Shown: positions 28,673 through 39,179, numbered from the stretch's first letter. The stretch: DNA of 64,000 nucleotides from a bacterium (GCA_037137535.1 JBAXKC010000001.1:160001-224000), one strand, 5' to 3'. Notes: generated by a model not told the origin, from the sequence alone. A program made the numbers and translations.

Positions 28673-29458
28673 ATGAAAAATAAAATTAAAAATATTCTTG
28701 AAAATATTGAAAAAGAAGAAAATATTAAAATTATTTTTGCCATTGAAAATGGCAGTAGAGCATGGAAAATGGAAAGCAAAGACAGCGATTATGATGTAAG
28801 ATTTGTCTTTGTTCGACCACTTCAAGAGTATATTCAAATTAATAAGCCTTGTGATGTTATAAATGATTTTTACAATAGCGATGGAATAAAAGATAGTCAA
28901 AAAGATGCTCTAATAGACATTAGCGGATTTGACATTTTTAAATATATGAAACTGCTTGCAAACTCTAATCCTACAACAATAGAATGGCTTATGTCCGATA
29001 TTATTTATTACGGAGAGAGAAAAGAATCACTTAAAGAATATGTTTTAAAGAACTTTAGCCCACTTACACTTTTTCATCATTATAAATCCTTGTGCAATAA
29101 TAATTACTCTGATTTTATTAAGAACACTTCAAAAGTTACATATAAAAAATATCTATATGCTTTTAGAGGATTAATAAATGCGTTATGGGTTTATCACAAT
29201 AAATCTGTTCCTTCTATTAACTTCATTGAAACAGTTGAACAAAGTGAATATTTATTAGGAAAAAATGTTTATTTAAAACTAAGAGAAATTATAGAGCTAA
29301 AATCACAAGGCAAAGAAAAAGATATAATTTCAAATATTGATTTTATTGATGAATATATTGAAAATTTTCTAAATACAAATTATGATAATTTAAATAAAAA
29401 TAATCTTGATATAGAAGAATTAAATAAAGAACTTAGAAAAATAGTGCTAAATTCTTAA
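28673..29458 (+). CDS. Nucleotidyltransferase domain protein (YcgL/RlaP-like, pol-beta superfamily)
   Basis: AIENGSRAW..SKDSDYDVRF, SNPTTIEWL, KKYLYAFR; ATG 28673 preferred over TTG 28655. Confidence 0.88.
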   Translation: MKNKIKNILENIEKEENIKIIFAIENGSRAWKMESKDSDYDVRFVFVRPLQEYIQINKPCDVINDFYNSDGIKDSQKDALIDISGFDIFKYMKLLANSNPTTIEWLMSDIIYYGERKESLKEYVLKNFSPLTLFHHYKSLCNNNYSDFIKNTSKVTYKKYLYAFRGLINALWVYHNKSVPSINFIETVEQSEYLLGKNVYLKLREIIELKSQGKEKDIISNIDFIDEYIENFLNTNYDNLNKNNLDIEELNKELRKIVLNS

Positions 29459-29482
29459 TTTACAACAGAAACGAGCGCTTAA

Positions 29483-29953
29483 ATGATAATAACAATAATA
29501 GCCATCGGAAAAATAAAAGAAACTTTTCATAAAGAGGCTATAGATGAATTTCTTAAAAGACTGAAACCTTACCATCAAATAAAAATAAAAGAGCTTAACG
29601 CTGAACTTTTAAAGAATCCTAATGATGTTCAAAAATATATTGCAAATGAAGGCGAAAAAATCCTTGAAAATATTCCACAAAACGCATTTGTAATAACACT
29701 TGATTCAACAGGTAAATCTCTAACATCAGAAGATTTTGCCCAAAAATTTAATTTAATTACGCAAGAAGGATTTAATCATCTTGTTTTCATAATTGGTGGA
29801 GCTTATGGGCTGGCAGATGAAGTAAAACAAAGAGCCGACTTCCTTTTAAGTTTCTCAAAGATGACTTTTACCCATCAGATGATAAGAATATTTTTACTGG
29901 AACAAATATACAGAGCTATAAAAATATTAAACGGAGAACCATATCACAAATAA
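29483..29953 (+). CDS. rlmH: 23S rRNA pseudouridine-1915 N3-methyltransferase
   Basis: FIIGGAYG, LSFSKMTFTHQMIR, EQIYRA..I..GEPYHK. Confidence 0.96.
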   Translation: MIITIIAIGKIKETFHKEAIDEFLKRLKPYHQIKIKELNAELLKNPNDVQKYIANEGEKILENIPQNAFVITLDSTGKSLTSEDFAQKFNLITQEGFNHLVFIIGGAYGLADEVKQRADFLLSFSKMTFTHQMIRIFLLEQIYRAIKILNGEPYHK

Positions 29954-29984
29954 AAATGGCTGTTAATTTAATACAGCCATTTTT
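29952..29984. terminator. Bidirectional terminator between rlmH and rpoZ
   Basis: AAAAATGGCTGT...ACAGCCATTTTT between convergent genes. Confidence 0.8.
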
Positions 29985-30006
29985 AATTTTTTGATTAAAA
30001 CTATTA

Positions 30007-30249
30007 TTATCCTACAAGACCAGAATCATCGCTTTCGCTTGATTTTACCATAATAGCATGTTGAACCGGTTTTTCTTTTTTAGAATTACCAAAGCCCACT
30101 TCGTATTCATAACCGAAATCGCCCTGTGTTTTTCTTTGTTGAGCTTCGTCAACAAGTCTTTTTGCAAGTTCAGCTATTTCATATACAAGTGCATATTTGT
30201 TTTCTGACTTTTCATTAAGGTCTGATGCTATACGACAAATTTGATCCAT
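30007..30249 (-). CDS. rpoZ: RNA polymerase omega subunit-like protein
   Basis: ENKYALVYEIAELAKRL and EKPVQHAI match omega motifs; 80 aa. Confidence 0.65.
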   Translation of the reverse strand: MDQICRIASDLNEKSENKYALVYEIAELAKRLVDEAQQRKTQGDFGYEYEVGFGNSKKEKPVQHAIMVKSSESDDSGLVG

Positions 30250-30530
30250 TTATTACTCTCCTGAAATTGATTGTTTGCTATGAAGTATTCAAATTATAAC
30301 TTAAAAACATTATGTTATCAAATATAAGTAAACCGCAATAGTAATTTATTATTCGATAGAACTATCTTGTTTATTAATTGACATAAAAACTTAATTTCCT
30401 CAAAATAACAAGACTAAGGTATAATTGACTTATTCTATATTAATTGCTTGATTTTATCTTAATTTTAATGAATTAAGTTTATAAATAAGTTATAGTAAAA
30501 TTAATACAGGTGGAGGAGTTGGGGGCACAA

Positions 30531-31661
30531 ATGAAAAAAATTATTTCATCGATTTTAATCCTTTCAATAATACTTTTAAATACTACAACAGCTTATGCAT
30601 TATCAACAGAAGAAGTTGCAAAAGCCTCTGACTCTAAAATAAAAACCATTGAAGGAAAAATTGAAGAAAATAACGAAATAGATAAAAAGAAAAATATTTT
30701 CACAGGCCAAACACAAGAAATAAAACAGGGAACTGCCATTAAAATGACGGTAACCTCAGTTTTAAGTTCAACCGTCAATCAAGAAGGAGATGAATTTTTT
30801 GCTGAAGTAACAAACGATCTTGATGCACCGGGAGGTGTTGCTATACCTCAAGGAACTATTGCTCATGGAAAAATTACCAAAGTAAGAAATGCTAAACGAT
30901 TAGGAAGAGATGCCTATATTTCATTAAATTTTGATTACCTTGTAACTCCGGACGGTCGTGAAATTCCTGTAAATGCAGAAATGAGTACTAAGCATCATGC
31001 TGTTACTTCCGTCGCTAAAGTAGCACTTGAAGATACGGCTTATACAATGGCTGGAGGAGTTATAGGCGGAATATTCGCATTAAAACTCTTTGGAATAGGC
31101 GGAGCAATTGCGAGTAACGGTTATACTGTAGCAGGTGGAGCAGGACTAGGTGCAGCAGTCGGTGTAACAGTTTCACTTGTAAGAAAAGGCTCTGATAAAC
31201 TTATTTCCCCAGGGGACGAAATAAAAGTAAAAATGGATTCCGGCATAAAAGTTCCGATTCTTACCGAAGAATCATTAAGACAAGATGAAACAAAGCTGGA
31301 TGGATTAAAAGTCGCTATCACTAATTGCCAATTAGAAAAAGACCCTTTTGGAGAGCCAAACACAATTACATTAAGTCTAAATATTGATAATAAAACCGAA
31401 AATACTTTTAGCAGTTTTGATATAGCATTAGTAAATGACTATAAGTCAGTCTTTTATGCTTCTCCTTTTTCAAATACTGATATGTGGTTTACTAAAATAG
31501 CTCCAAATACAAAATTAAACGGGAAACTTTCTTTTTCTGTTGATAATCCTAAAAGAAAGCATTGGTTAGTCTTTTACGATAGTATGACAAGAAAACCTCT
31601 TGCAAAAATCTCAATAGATAATGCACAAAAAGATCTTAGAAAGAAAAAAGCAAGTAAATAA
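30531..31661 (+). CDS. Exported protein: TrbI/VirB10-like beta domain, glycine zipper, C-terminal Ig-like domain
   Basis: Signal peptide MKKIISS..AYA; GDEFFAEV..IPQGTIAHGKI; GGAGLGAAVG; ITLSLNIDNKT. Confidence 0.7.
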   Translation: MKKIISSILILSIILLNTTTAYALSTEEVAKASDSKIKTIEGKIEENNEIDKKKNIFTGQTQEIKQGTAIKMTVTSVLSSTVNQEGDEFFAEVTNDLDAPGGVAIPQGTIAHGKITKVRNAKRLGRDAYISLNFDYLVTPDGREIPVNAEMSTKHHAVTSVAKVALEDTAYTMAGGVIGGIFALKLFGIGGAIASNGYTVAGGAGLGAAVGVTVSLVRKGSDKLISPGDEIKVKMDSGIKVPILTEESLRQDETKLDGLKVAITNCQLEKDPFGEPNTITLSLNIDNKTENTFSSFDIALVNDYKSVFYASPFSNTDMWFTKIAPNTKLNGKLSFSVDNPKRKHWLVFYDSMTRKPLAKISIDNAQKDLRKKKASK

Positions 31662-32341
31662 TGAGCCAAATTTCTATAACTAAAAAAATAATCAATAAAA
31701 ACAATAAACAAATAGAAGTTTTTGTTGTTCCTGCAATGTCTTTTAATCAAGCAGACGGAACAATAAAAACTTTTCCGCATCCACATGGGAATAACTCGCT
31801 AACATTTGAATCTCTTGAAAAAGCAATAAACAGCATTGCTATTTCCGGCTATGACTATATAACAGCAGAAAGCTCAACTAATATAACCGCAAATACAGAT
31901 ACAAAGCCAAACTTCAAACTTGCAATCATTGAGCTGATAAAATTATTAAATGATAAAAGCCCCGAAGTAATAGCCTCTGCTGCTTATGCTCTCGGAGAAA
32001 TGGCAACTCCTCTTGCATTAGACAGTTTAATAGCTCTTCTTGGCAATGATGAACACAATATCAGAAAAAACACAATCGAAGCCCTTGCAAAAATAGGAAC
32101 TCCGTCAATAAAAAAACTTATAAACGCCCTTGAAGACAGCAACTGGGTAAAAAGAAACTCAGCCGCTATCGCTCTGGGGGAACTTACGGATTATAACAAG
32201 CATTTGAATGTAACTCCTGCGGTAAATCCATTAATTGCAAGACTTCAAGATAATCAACCAATCGTAAAAAGTACCGCAGCAAGGTCTTTAGGTAAGATTT
32301 ATAAAAAAATTACCGAGCAGCGTGATTTTCAAAGTTTTTGA
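31661..32341 (+). CDS. HEAT repeat (PBS lyase-like) protein
   Basis: VIASAAYALGE, IRKNTIEALAKIG, KRNSAAIALGE, VKSTAARSLGKI. Confidence 0.88.
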   Translation: MSQISITKKIINKNNKQIEVFVVPAMSFNQADGTIKTFPHPHGNNSLTFESLEKAINSIAISGYDYITAESSTNITANTDTKPNFKLAIIELIKLLNDKSPEVIASAAYALGEMATPLALDSLIALLGNDEHNIRKNTIEALAKIGTPSIKKLINALEDSNWVKRNSAAIALGELTDYNKHLNVTPAVNPLIARLQDNQPIVKSTAARSLGKIYKKITEQRDFQSF

Positions 32342-32421
32342 TTTTAATAAACCAAACAAATAACTTAATCAGAATTATAAAATTATATGTATATTTTAGC
32401 CTAACGTCCATACATAAATAA

Positions 32422-32453
32422 TTAACGCTTCAAGTCAAGACTTGAAGCGTTAA
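32422..32453. terminator. Perfect 15-bp hairpin between convergent genes
   Basis: TTAACGCTTCAAGTC-AA-GACTTGAAGCGTTAA. Confidence 0.75.
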
Positions 32454-32469
32454 AATTAGTTTTTTAAAA

Positions 32470-32796
32470 TTAATCATTGTTTACTTTAGGTTGTTCTTGG
32501 TTTCGCTTTGTTCTTAATCCCAAATAATCAAATATAGCATAAGCTGCAACAGCAGCACTTAATCCAGCAACACATTTGCGCAAGATTTGTTTATTTTTAC
32601 ATGCTACTTCTTCTATAAATTCAGGGGTTTTAGCAATGGTCTTTTTTACAGAATCATTTAAATCAAGTTTATCTTGAATGGATTGTGTGATTGTCCCGGC
32701 AGTAATAATAGCAGCAGAAATAGATTTTGAATTATCCCAAATATCAGATTTAGACTGACTAATTATTGGTTTTGCTCCAAAAGACGGTATATTCAT
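32470..32796 (-). CDS. Small hypothetical protein with N-terminal PSFGA motif and two hydrophobic helices
   Basis: [19 protein letters not shown] and VAGLSAAVAAYAIF segments. Confidence 0.75.
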   Translation of the reverse strand: MNIPSFGAKPIISQSKSDIWDNSKSISAAIITAGTITQSIQDKLDLNDSVKKTIAKTPEFIEEVACKNKQILRKCVAGLSAAVAAYAIFDYLGLRTKRNQEQPKVNND

Positions 32797-32805
32797 AAAT
32801 GCCTC

Positions 32806-33699
32806 CTATTTTTTATATTTTTTCAAATCTTCTTTAGTCATTGTTTTGTATTGCAATGAAGGCTCCTCGCACATTGCATGAAAGAAACCTATAAGTGTAG
32901 ACCCGGCAGCTTCAGTTACACCAGCAGCTACAGCTGCATTTAGAGCATTACCCGCTCCTGGGAACCAAGTGAAAAGTTTACTAGCAGTTTGAACACCTAC
33001 TGAACTTGCAGTGGTAACAGCAATAGAAGTCATTACTCCAGTAGATATAGGGTCAAGTCCGTAAACAGCAGCAAGTGATAAAGCCATAACTCCAGTAGCA
33101 GCCTGCAATGCTGCCATATCACCACCAGGTGCCTGTGCTAGTGCGGCAGCTATGCCTGCATTTGCAGCACTAGCTGCATGAACAATGCCCCAAGCTCTTT
33201 CGTCTCTTTCTTCTAATGTTAAACCTTTAAAAGAAAGCTTTCCCGTTTTTTTAGATTTTTCTACACCACCCATTCCACATTCGAGAATATTTTTCATTTG
33301 TTCTAATTCTTCTACCTTTTTAGGATCGGTTTCTTTTTTAATTTCTTTATTTAATTCTTTAATCCCTTTTTTGCAAATTCCTTGAATATATTCAGGGTGA
33401 GCCATTAATTCAATACCAATTTTTGTTGGTGGTACATTTTGTTGTAAATCTTGTAATTTCTCAGTTAGCTCTTCTTCTGATAATTCAGGAATTTCTTCCT
33501 TTTTACTCTTAAATGACAGATTTGTAAGACATTGAGCTTTTACAGCATGTCCTGCTTCCGCTGAACATAATAAATTTTTACCAAATGTTAAATTTGGCTT
33601 AACTTCTAGACTATTTTGCTTAGTTTTTTGTAAATCTTGTTTTTTAACCAAGTCTAAATTATTTGATAGGTTGCGGAGTGCGTTAAAATCTTTTAGCAT
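32806..33699 (-). CDS. DUF697/YcjF-like membrane-domain protein with long N-terminal extension
   Basis: IVHAASAANAGIAA..APGGDMAALQA..GVMALSLAAVYG...WFPGAGNALNAAVAAGVTEAAG; start at ATG 33699 (AAAGGA RBS, downstream of promoter). Confidence 0.75.
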   Translation of the reverse strand: MLKDFNALRNLSNNLDLVKKQDLQKTKQNSLEVKPNLTFGKNLLCSAEAGHAVKAQCLTNLSFKSKKEEIPELSEEELTEKLQDLQQNVPPTKIGIELMAHPEYIQGICKKGIKELNKEIKKETDPKKVEELEQMKNILECGMGGVEKSKKTGKLSFKGLTLEERDERAWGIVHAASAANAGIAAALAQAPGGDMAALQAATGVMALSLAAVYGLDPISTGVMTSIAVTTASSVGVQTASKLFTWFPGAGNALNAAVAAGVTEAAGSTLIGFFHAMCEEPSLQYKTMTKEDLKKYKK

Positions 33700-33741
33700 A
33701 CTTTTAAAATTTCCTTTTAATACAATTAAAGTCCGCATATT

Positions 33742-33770
33742 AATGTAAAAAAAAAATGAATCAATGTCAA
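33742..33770 (-). promoter_or_regulatory. Sigma70-type promoter
   Basis: TTGACA-17 nt-TACATT on the minus strand. Confidence 0.6.
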
Positions 33771-33976
33771 CCCCCCTAATGGATAATTATTGTAAACATT
33801 AATTACAATAAAAGACTAAACAGCTAACTTTAATTTGTTTAATAGAACTAAAACACCTATCAATAGAAGATAATACAGTTTTATCAGAAAAAATCCGTTC
33901 ATTTTGACACATAAAAGTTAGAAGATGAGATTTACGAAAAACTAAAGCTATAACTTCAATTACTCCTGCAAAAATA

Positions 33977-34008
33977 AAAACCATTATTATATAAATAATA
34001 ATGGTTTT
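33977..34008 (-). terminator. Hairpin after 34030-34380
   Basis: AAAACCATTATTAT...ATAATAATGGTTTT. Confidence 0.65.
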
Positions 34009-34029
34009 ATTTTACAAATCAAGAGTTAA

Positions 34030-34380
34030 TTAATCACCATGCTTATAATCCCATTCACGGTCAAGATAATCTGTTTCACTCTTCACAAGGTCATTTAAGT
34101 ATGATGAAGCTTTTTCAGCAGGAGTATCACACGAACTCAAATAATAAGCTCTAAAATAATCTGCTGCAGGTTGTTTTTCTTTAACTTGAATTCCTGTTTT
34201 CTCTAAAGCAGCTTCAACTCTTTCATCTCGCCTATCAGCTGTTAATAAACTTGTCTTATCAAGTTGATAAGGGTTGCTATCATAATGTTTACCTATTCCA
34301 AGCTCTTCTGATAGATTTGACTTTTGCTCAGGAGTAAGAGGTTTTTTAAAAACAAAATTTGATCCAAAAGTTATATTCAT
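34030..34380 (-). CDS. Hypothetical protein with N-terminal ITFGS motif
   Basis: AAGGA RBS, 116 aa, own terminator. Confidence 0.7.
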   Translation of the reverse strand: MNITFGSNFVFKKPLTPEQKSNLSEELGIGKHYDSNPYQLDKTSLLTADRRDERVEAALEKTGIQVKEKQPAADYFRAYYLSSCDTPAEKASSYLNDLVKSETDYLDREWDYKHGD

Positions 34381-34479
34381 GATTTTTCATCCTTAGTTTA
34401 AACGTATATTATTATAAACATATAAATTTTAAATATTGATTCAATCATAAAACTTCAATAACTTTTGTTACATATCTTA

Positions 34480-36030
34480 TTAATGTTTAAAATGCCTTAC
34501 ACCCGTTAATACCATCGAAATACCGTCTTTTTCAGCTTGTTCGATTACTTCTCTGTCTTTAATGCTTCCACCCGGCTGAATAATTGAACCAATTCTTGCA
34601 TAAGCCGCTGCGTTGATGTTATCAACCGCAGGTAAGAAGCCGTCACTTGCGATTACAGCATCTTTTGTGCCATCACAAGCTTGATTTAAAGCTAACTCCA
34701 TAGAAGCGATCCTGCTTGTCTGACCTGCCCCTATACCAATTGTTTTTTTGCCTTTTGCTATAACTATTGCGTTTGAGGTAACATGTTTAGCTACTTTCCA
34801 AGCAAAAATCATATCTTCCACCTGTTCGGCAGTCGGTTTATGAGTTGTAGCAATATTGAAATTATCTTTTGTTAAATCAACAACATCGGCAGATTGAACC
34901 AATGTACCAAACGGAAGAGCTTTTACAGTATTTTTCACAGCATTTCTATATTCAAGAGCTGAAAAATTATATGTGACAAGTCTTAAATTCTTTTTAGCCT
35001 TTAAAATTTCAAGAGCTTCATCGTCAAATGCAGGAGCAATTAGGACTTCAAGGAAAACACTTGCTGCATGCTTTGCTATTTGTTTATTAACAGTTGTATT
35101 AAAGCCGATTATTCCTCCAAAAGCACTAATAGGATCACAATCAAAAGCTTTTAAATATGCACCGTAGGAAGTTTCGCCCAGCGCAACTCCGCAAGGATTG
35201 CCATGTTTAATTACTGCAACAGCAGGAACATCAATAAACTCGGTAACAATGTTCATTGCAGCTGCCATATCCGCAATATTGTTGTAGGAAAGTTCTTTTC
35301 CGTTTAATACTTCATAATTAAGGCTATTTTCAGTTGCGTATAAAGCTGCTGATTGATGAGGGTTTTCGCCATATCTTAAATCTTGCTTTTTCTTTGCCAC
35401 AAAAGAAAAAAGTTCAGGCATTTCAGTTTTTTCAGAAGTTCTTTTGATTAATTCATTTGCAATAGCAGAATCATAATCGGAAGTTATTGCAAATGCTTCG
35501 ATTGCTAAGTCTTTTCTTAATTCCAAAGCAACTTCGCCATTATTTTCAGCTAAATTTGAAAGAACTTTTTCATATAAAGTCGATGAATTTACGCAAGCAA
35601 CAGAAAAATAATTCTTTGCAGCCGCTCTCAATAATGTAACTCCGCCAATATCAACAAATTCAACTAAATCTTCTATTTGGCTGAAATCTTTTTTAGACGC
35701 ATCTTTGAAAGGATATAAATTCACAACTACCATATCAACAGGAGAAATTCCGTTTTTGATAATCTCTTCAATATCAGATTCATTAGATTTCATAGCAAGA
35801 ATTCCTGCATGAATATTAGGATGAAGAGTTTTCACTCTTCCTCTAAGCAATTCTCTAAATCCTGTCAATTCAGTTATTTCAATAACATTGACGCCATTTT
35901 GTTTTAAAATATCATAAGTTCCGCCTGTGGAAACTATTTCATAATTAAATTTATCTTGAAGACTTTTTGCAAACTCAACAATTCCTGTTTTGTCGTAAAC
36001 GCTTATAATAGCTCTTTTTTTAGTAGACAT
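34480..36030 (-). CDS. purH: Bifunctional AICAR transformylase/IMP cyclohydrolase
   Basis: SVYDKTG, GRVKTLHP, LRYGENPHQ, GKELSYNN, KHGNPCG, IIQPGGS, TGVRHFKH. Confidence 0.97.
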   Translation of the reverse strand: MSTKKRAIISVYDKTGIVEFAKSLQDKFNYEIVSTGGTYDILKQNGVNVIEITELTGFRELLRGRVKTLHPNIHAGILAMKSNESDIEEIIKNGISPVDMVVVNLYPFKDASKKDFSQIEDLVEFVDIGGVTLLRAAAKNYFSVACVNSSTLYEKVLSNLAENNGEVALELRKDLAIEAFAITSDYDSAIANELIKRTSEKTEMPELFSFVAKKKQDLRYGENPHQSAALYATENSLNYEVLNGKELSYNNIADMAAAMNIVTEFIDVPAVAVIKHGNPCGVALGETSYGAYLKAFDCDPISAFGGIIGFNTTVNKQIAKHAASVFLEVLIAPAFDDEALEILKAKKNLRLVTYNFSALEYRNAVKNTVKALPFGTLVQSADVVDLTKDNFNIATTHKPTAEQVEDMIFAWKVAKHVTSNAIVIAKGKKTIGIGAGQTSRIASMELALNQACDGTKDAVIASDGFLPAVDNINAAAYARIGSIIQPGGSIKDREVIEQAEKDGISMVLTGVRHFKH

Positions 36031-36115
36031 GATTTAATCCTTAATAACTGATAACCTTTACCAATTTAGTTTTATTTTAATCAGTATAATTATATTTTAA
36101 AACAAAAACACTTAA

Positions 36116-36135
36116 AGCCTTTCAAAAGAAAGGCT
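36116..36135 (-). terminator. Hairpin after nuoN
   Basis: AGCCTTTC-AAAA-GAAAGGCT. Confidence 0.55.
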
Positions 36136-36164
36136 CTAATCTAAATAATCATGTTGAATTTTGC

Positions 36165-37634
36165 CTATTTATGAGTAAAATCCAAGGTCTTAATATTAGA
36201 AAACAAACTATAAGAGGCTTGCTGCGAAACGGTAATAAATGGAGTTGCAAGAATACCGACTATCAATACAGCCGCAAATGTAAATATCTGTATCGAACGC
36301 AAAGAATCAGATTTAGGAATTATTGCAGGCTGAGAAATACCATTTGAGTTTTCTGTATTAAATAAGGCTTTAACTACTCTTAGATAATAATAAACAGCAA
36401 TTAGCGTATTAATTAATGCAAATATCAATAACCATAAATTTTGAATACCCGAGAATAATATTGTTTTAAACAAATAAAATTTCCCGATAAAGCCTGCCGT
36501 TACAGGAATACCTGCAAGCGATAACATACAAACAGTAAGTCCCAAAGCAGTTACAGGTTCTTTATAAGCCAATCCTTTAAAATCAACGAGGTTAAATTTG
36601 CCTGTTTTATTTGAATAGATTTCGATAGCAGCCCATGCTCCGAAATTCATGAATAAATAACAGATTAAATAAAAGATTACGGCAGAAAAAGAATCAAGAG
36701 TTCCGACCGCTAATCCTAAAAGGACATAACCTGCTTGAGCAATTGAACTATAGCCCATTAACCTTTTGATGTTTTGCTGTTTTAAAGCTGATAAGTTGCC
36801 TATAGTCATTGTCAGAATTGCAATAAAACCTATAACATAAGTCCATACGGCAAAATTCACAAAGATCGTTCCTAATAACCTTATAATAAGAGCAAACCCT
36901 GCCATTTTTGAAACAACCGACAGATAAGCAGCAACAGGAAGCGGAGCTCCTTCATAAACGTCAGGAGTCCAAGAGTGGAAAGGAAAAGCTGATATTTTAA
37001 AACCAAGACCACCAAGTACCATTAGAAAACTCAAGACTAAAAGAGGGTTTACGTTATAAGTTGATATAAAAGTATAAATCTCAGTAAAATTAGTAGTTCC
37101 GCAAATTCCGTATAAAAGAGAAAATCCATATAAAGTAACAGCTGTCGATGCTCCACCTACGACTAAATACTTCAATGCCGCTTCAGAGCTTAATCTATCT
37201 GACTTTGTAAAGCCACAAAGAGCATAAGCAGAAATACCTAACGTTTCAACAGCAACCGTTGCCATAATTAAATCGCTTGCCCCTGCCATAAGCATTGCAC
37301 CTAAGCCTGCACAAAGAAACAACGTGAAATATTCGCCTTTATATTTACCAAAACTTTCCGTATATTTCTTTGAAAGCTGAATCGCAATAATAGTACCGAC
37401 TAACGTTAAAAAGCGAAAAACAAGACTATAATAATCAGAAGTGAAATTCAAATGAAATAATTCTATTGTTTCAAATCTGGGCATTAATGCAAAAGAAAAA
37501 ATCGCCGTCAAACATCCTGTCAAAGCTGTATAATAAACATAATGCTTTTTAGTGTTTTTTATCAAAAATGATAGAACAGTACATATCATTATTGTAGTTA
37601 TAATTATTGTTTCAGGAAGAAATCCTTGAATCAT
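36165..37634 (-). CDS. nuoN: Complex I subunit N (NdhB)
   Basis: SSEAALKY, FKISAFPFHSWTPDVYEGAP, KRLMGYSSIAQAGY, SLAGIP. Confidence 0.95.
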   Translation of the reverse strand: MIQGFLPETIIITTIMICTVLSFLIKNTKKHYVYYTALTGCLTAIFSFALMPRFETIELFHLNFTSDYYSLVFRFLTLVGTIIAIQLSKKYTESFGKYKGEYFTLFLCAGLGAMLMAGASDLIMATVAVETLGISAYALCGFTKSDRLSSEAALKYLVVGGASTAVTLYGFSLLYGICGTTNFTEIYTFISTYNVNPLLVLSFLMVLGGLGFKISAFPFHSWTPDVYEGAPLPVAAYLSVVSKMAGFALIIRLLGTIFVNFAVWTYVIGFIAILTMTIGNLSALKQQNIKRLMGYSSIAQAGYVLLGLAVGTLDSFSAVIFYLICYLFMNFGAWAAIEIYSNKTGKFNLVDFKGLAYKEPVTALGLTVCMLSLAGIPVTAGFIGKFYLFKTILFSGIQNLWLLIFALINTLIAVYYYLRVVKALFNTENSNGISQPAIIPKSDSLRSIQIFTFAAVLIVGILATPFITVSQQASYSLFSNIKTLDFTHK

Positions 37635-37655
37635 TTTTTATTCTCCGAAGTTTAC

Positions 37656-39176
37656 TTAGATATTTAACATTATCTGACTTATTGAGGACTTGAATATATC
37701 GGTCAAAGCAGTTGGATAGAGGCCGAAAAGAACTATCGCAACAACTAAAGACATATATATAACTAATTCATGTGGGGTTATATCTTGAAGTCTCTTTCTA
37801 GTTTCGAACATTGCCCCACAAAAAACCTGTTGTAACATCCACAACAAATAAATGGCAGTTAAGACAATTCCAAAAACTGCAAATATTGAGAAAATTTGAA
37901 TATTACTAAATGCAGTCGAAGTGAAAGCACCGTAAAAAACAAGAGTTTCCGCAGAAAAACCAGCTAATAAAGGCAAACCTAAACTTGCTAATGCTAAAAA
38001 TGAAGAGAAGTAATAAATTTTAGGCATTGCCTGAGCTAATCCGCCAAGCTCAGATATTTTTCTTGTATGAGTTCTTAAATAAATACTTCCAACCATCATA
38101 AACAGACCTGCACTTATCAAGCCATGAGCCACCATTTGAAAAACAGCCCCTGTAACTCCTGTAACATTCATAGCACCAATCCCTATAAGAACAATTCCCA
38201 TATGACTAACGCTACTATATGCAATTAGTTTTTTTAAATCTTTTTGAGCTAAGGCGATAATTGCCGCATATAAAATGTTAATAACTCCTAAAAGTACAAT
38301 AAAAGGAGCTAAAAGTTTAAAAACAGCAGGAAACGCTTGAAGGTTTATTCTGATAAGTCCATAAGCACCCATTTTCAGAAGAATTCCGGCAAGTAACATA
38401 CTTACGGGAGTAGGAGCATCAACGTGAGCATCAGGCAACCATGTATGAATTGGAACTACAGGTAGTTTAACTGCAAATGCGATAAAAAAGCCTAAAAACA
38501 TTGCAATACCGGCAGCTAAAGAATAATAATCAGAACTTGACGATAAGACCTGCATGTCAAAAGTCAGATTGCTTGTAGATTGATAGAAGAAATATGCCAA
38601 CGCAATAATTGACGCAAGCATAAATATACTTCCGAAAAAGGTAAATAGAACGAATTTAATAGCCGAATATTCTTTTCTTCCGCTTCCCCATATTGAAATA
38701 AGGAAATACATCGGAATAAGCTCCAATTCCCAGAATAAAAAGAACATAACAAGGTCTTTAGCTGTAAATACGCCCAAAACCGCTGTTGTTAAAATTAAAA
38801 TAAGTCCGTAATATAATTTATGTTTTTTTGTAATACTGCTTTTACTGGCAATACAGGCTAATAACGTTAAAAATGTCGTTAATAGAACCATTGTCATAGA
38901 AATGCCGTCTACTGCAAAAGTAAACTGAATACCTAATGGCTTTAACCAGTCATCACCGCCCGGGAAAGTAAGTCTTTGCAAAAACTGATAAGTAGGAACA
39001 TTGGTATTGAAAAAGAGGAAAATATATAAAGAATAAAAGAACAATAATCCTGCAAAACCTTTTGCAAAACGTCTTATTTTTACTTCATTATTTGGAAACA
39101 TCGGGCTTAAAATCAATAAGCCTGCGAGCATCGGGGAAAAAACCAATAAACTGAGAGATACCGCTTCCATCTTCAA
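37656..39176 (-). CDS. nuoM: Complex I subunit M (NdhD)
   Basis: FFLFWELELIPMY, HTWLPDAHVDAP, LLKMGAYG, KKLIAYSSVSHMG. Confidence 0.95.
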   Translation of the reverse strand: MKMEAVSLSLLVFSPMLAGLLILSPMFPNNEVKIRRFAKGFAGLLFFYSLYIFLFFNTNVPTYQFLQRLTFPGGDDWLKPLGIQFTFAVDGISMTMVLLTTFLTLLACIASKSSITKKHKLYYGLILILTTAVLGVFTAKDLVMFFLFWELELIPMYFLISIWGSGRKEYSAIKFVLFTFFGSIFMLASIIALAYFFYQSTSNLTFDMQVLSSSSDYYSLAAGIAMFLGFFIAFAVKLPVVPIHTWLPDAHVDAPTPVSMLLAGILLKMGAYGLIRINLQAFPAVFKLLAPFIVLLGVINILYAAIIALAQKDLKKLIAYSSVSHMGIVLIGIGAMNVTGVTGAVFQMVAHGLISAGLFMMVGSIYLRTHTRKISELGGLAQAMPKIYYFSSFLALASLGLPLLAGFSAETLVFYGAFTSTAFSNIQIFSIFAVFGIVLTAIYLLWMLQQVFCGAMFETRKRLQDITPHELVIYMSLVVAIVLFGLYPTALTDIFKSSISQIMLNI

Positions 39177-39179
39177 CCT

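Noticed and set aside
28673-29458. Nucleotidyltransferase as part of a toxin-antitoxin or CBASS system
   Set aside because: Motifs fit the YcgL/RlaP-like family; no HEPN, effector or other partner gene is adjacent.
33799-33984. 61-aa ORF
   Set aside because: Starts inside a terminator hairpin, with no RBS and no recognisable features.
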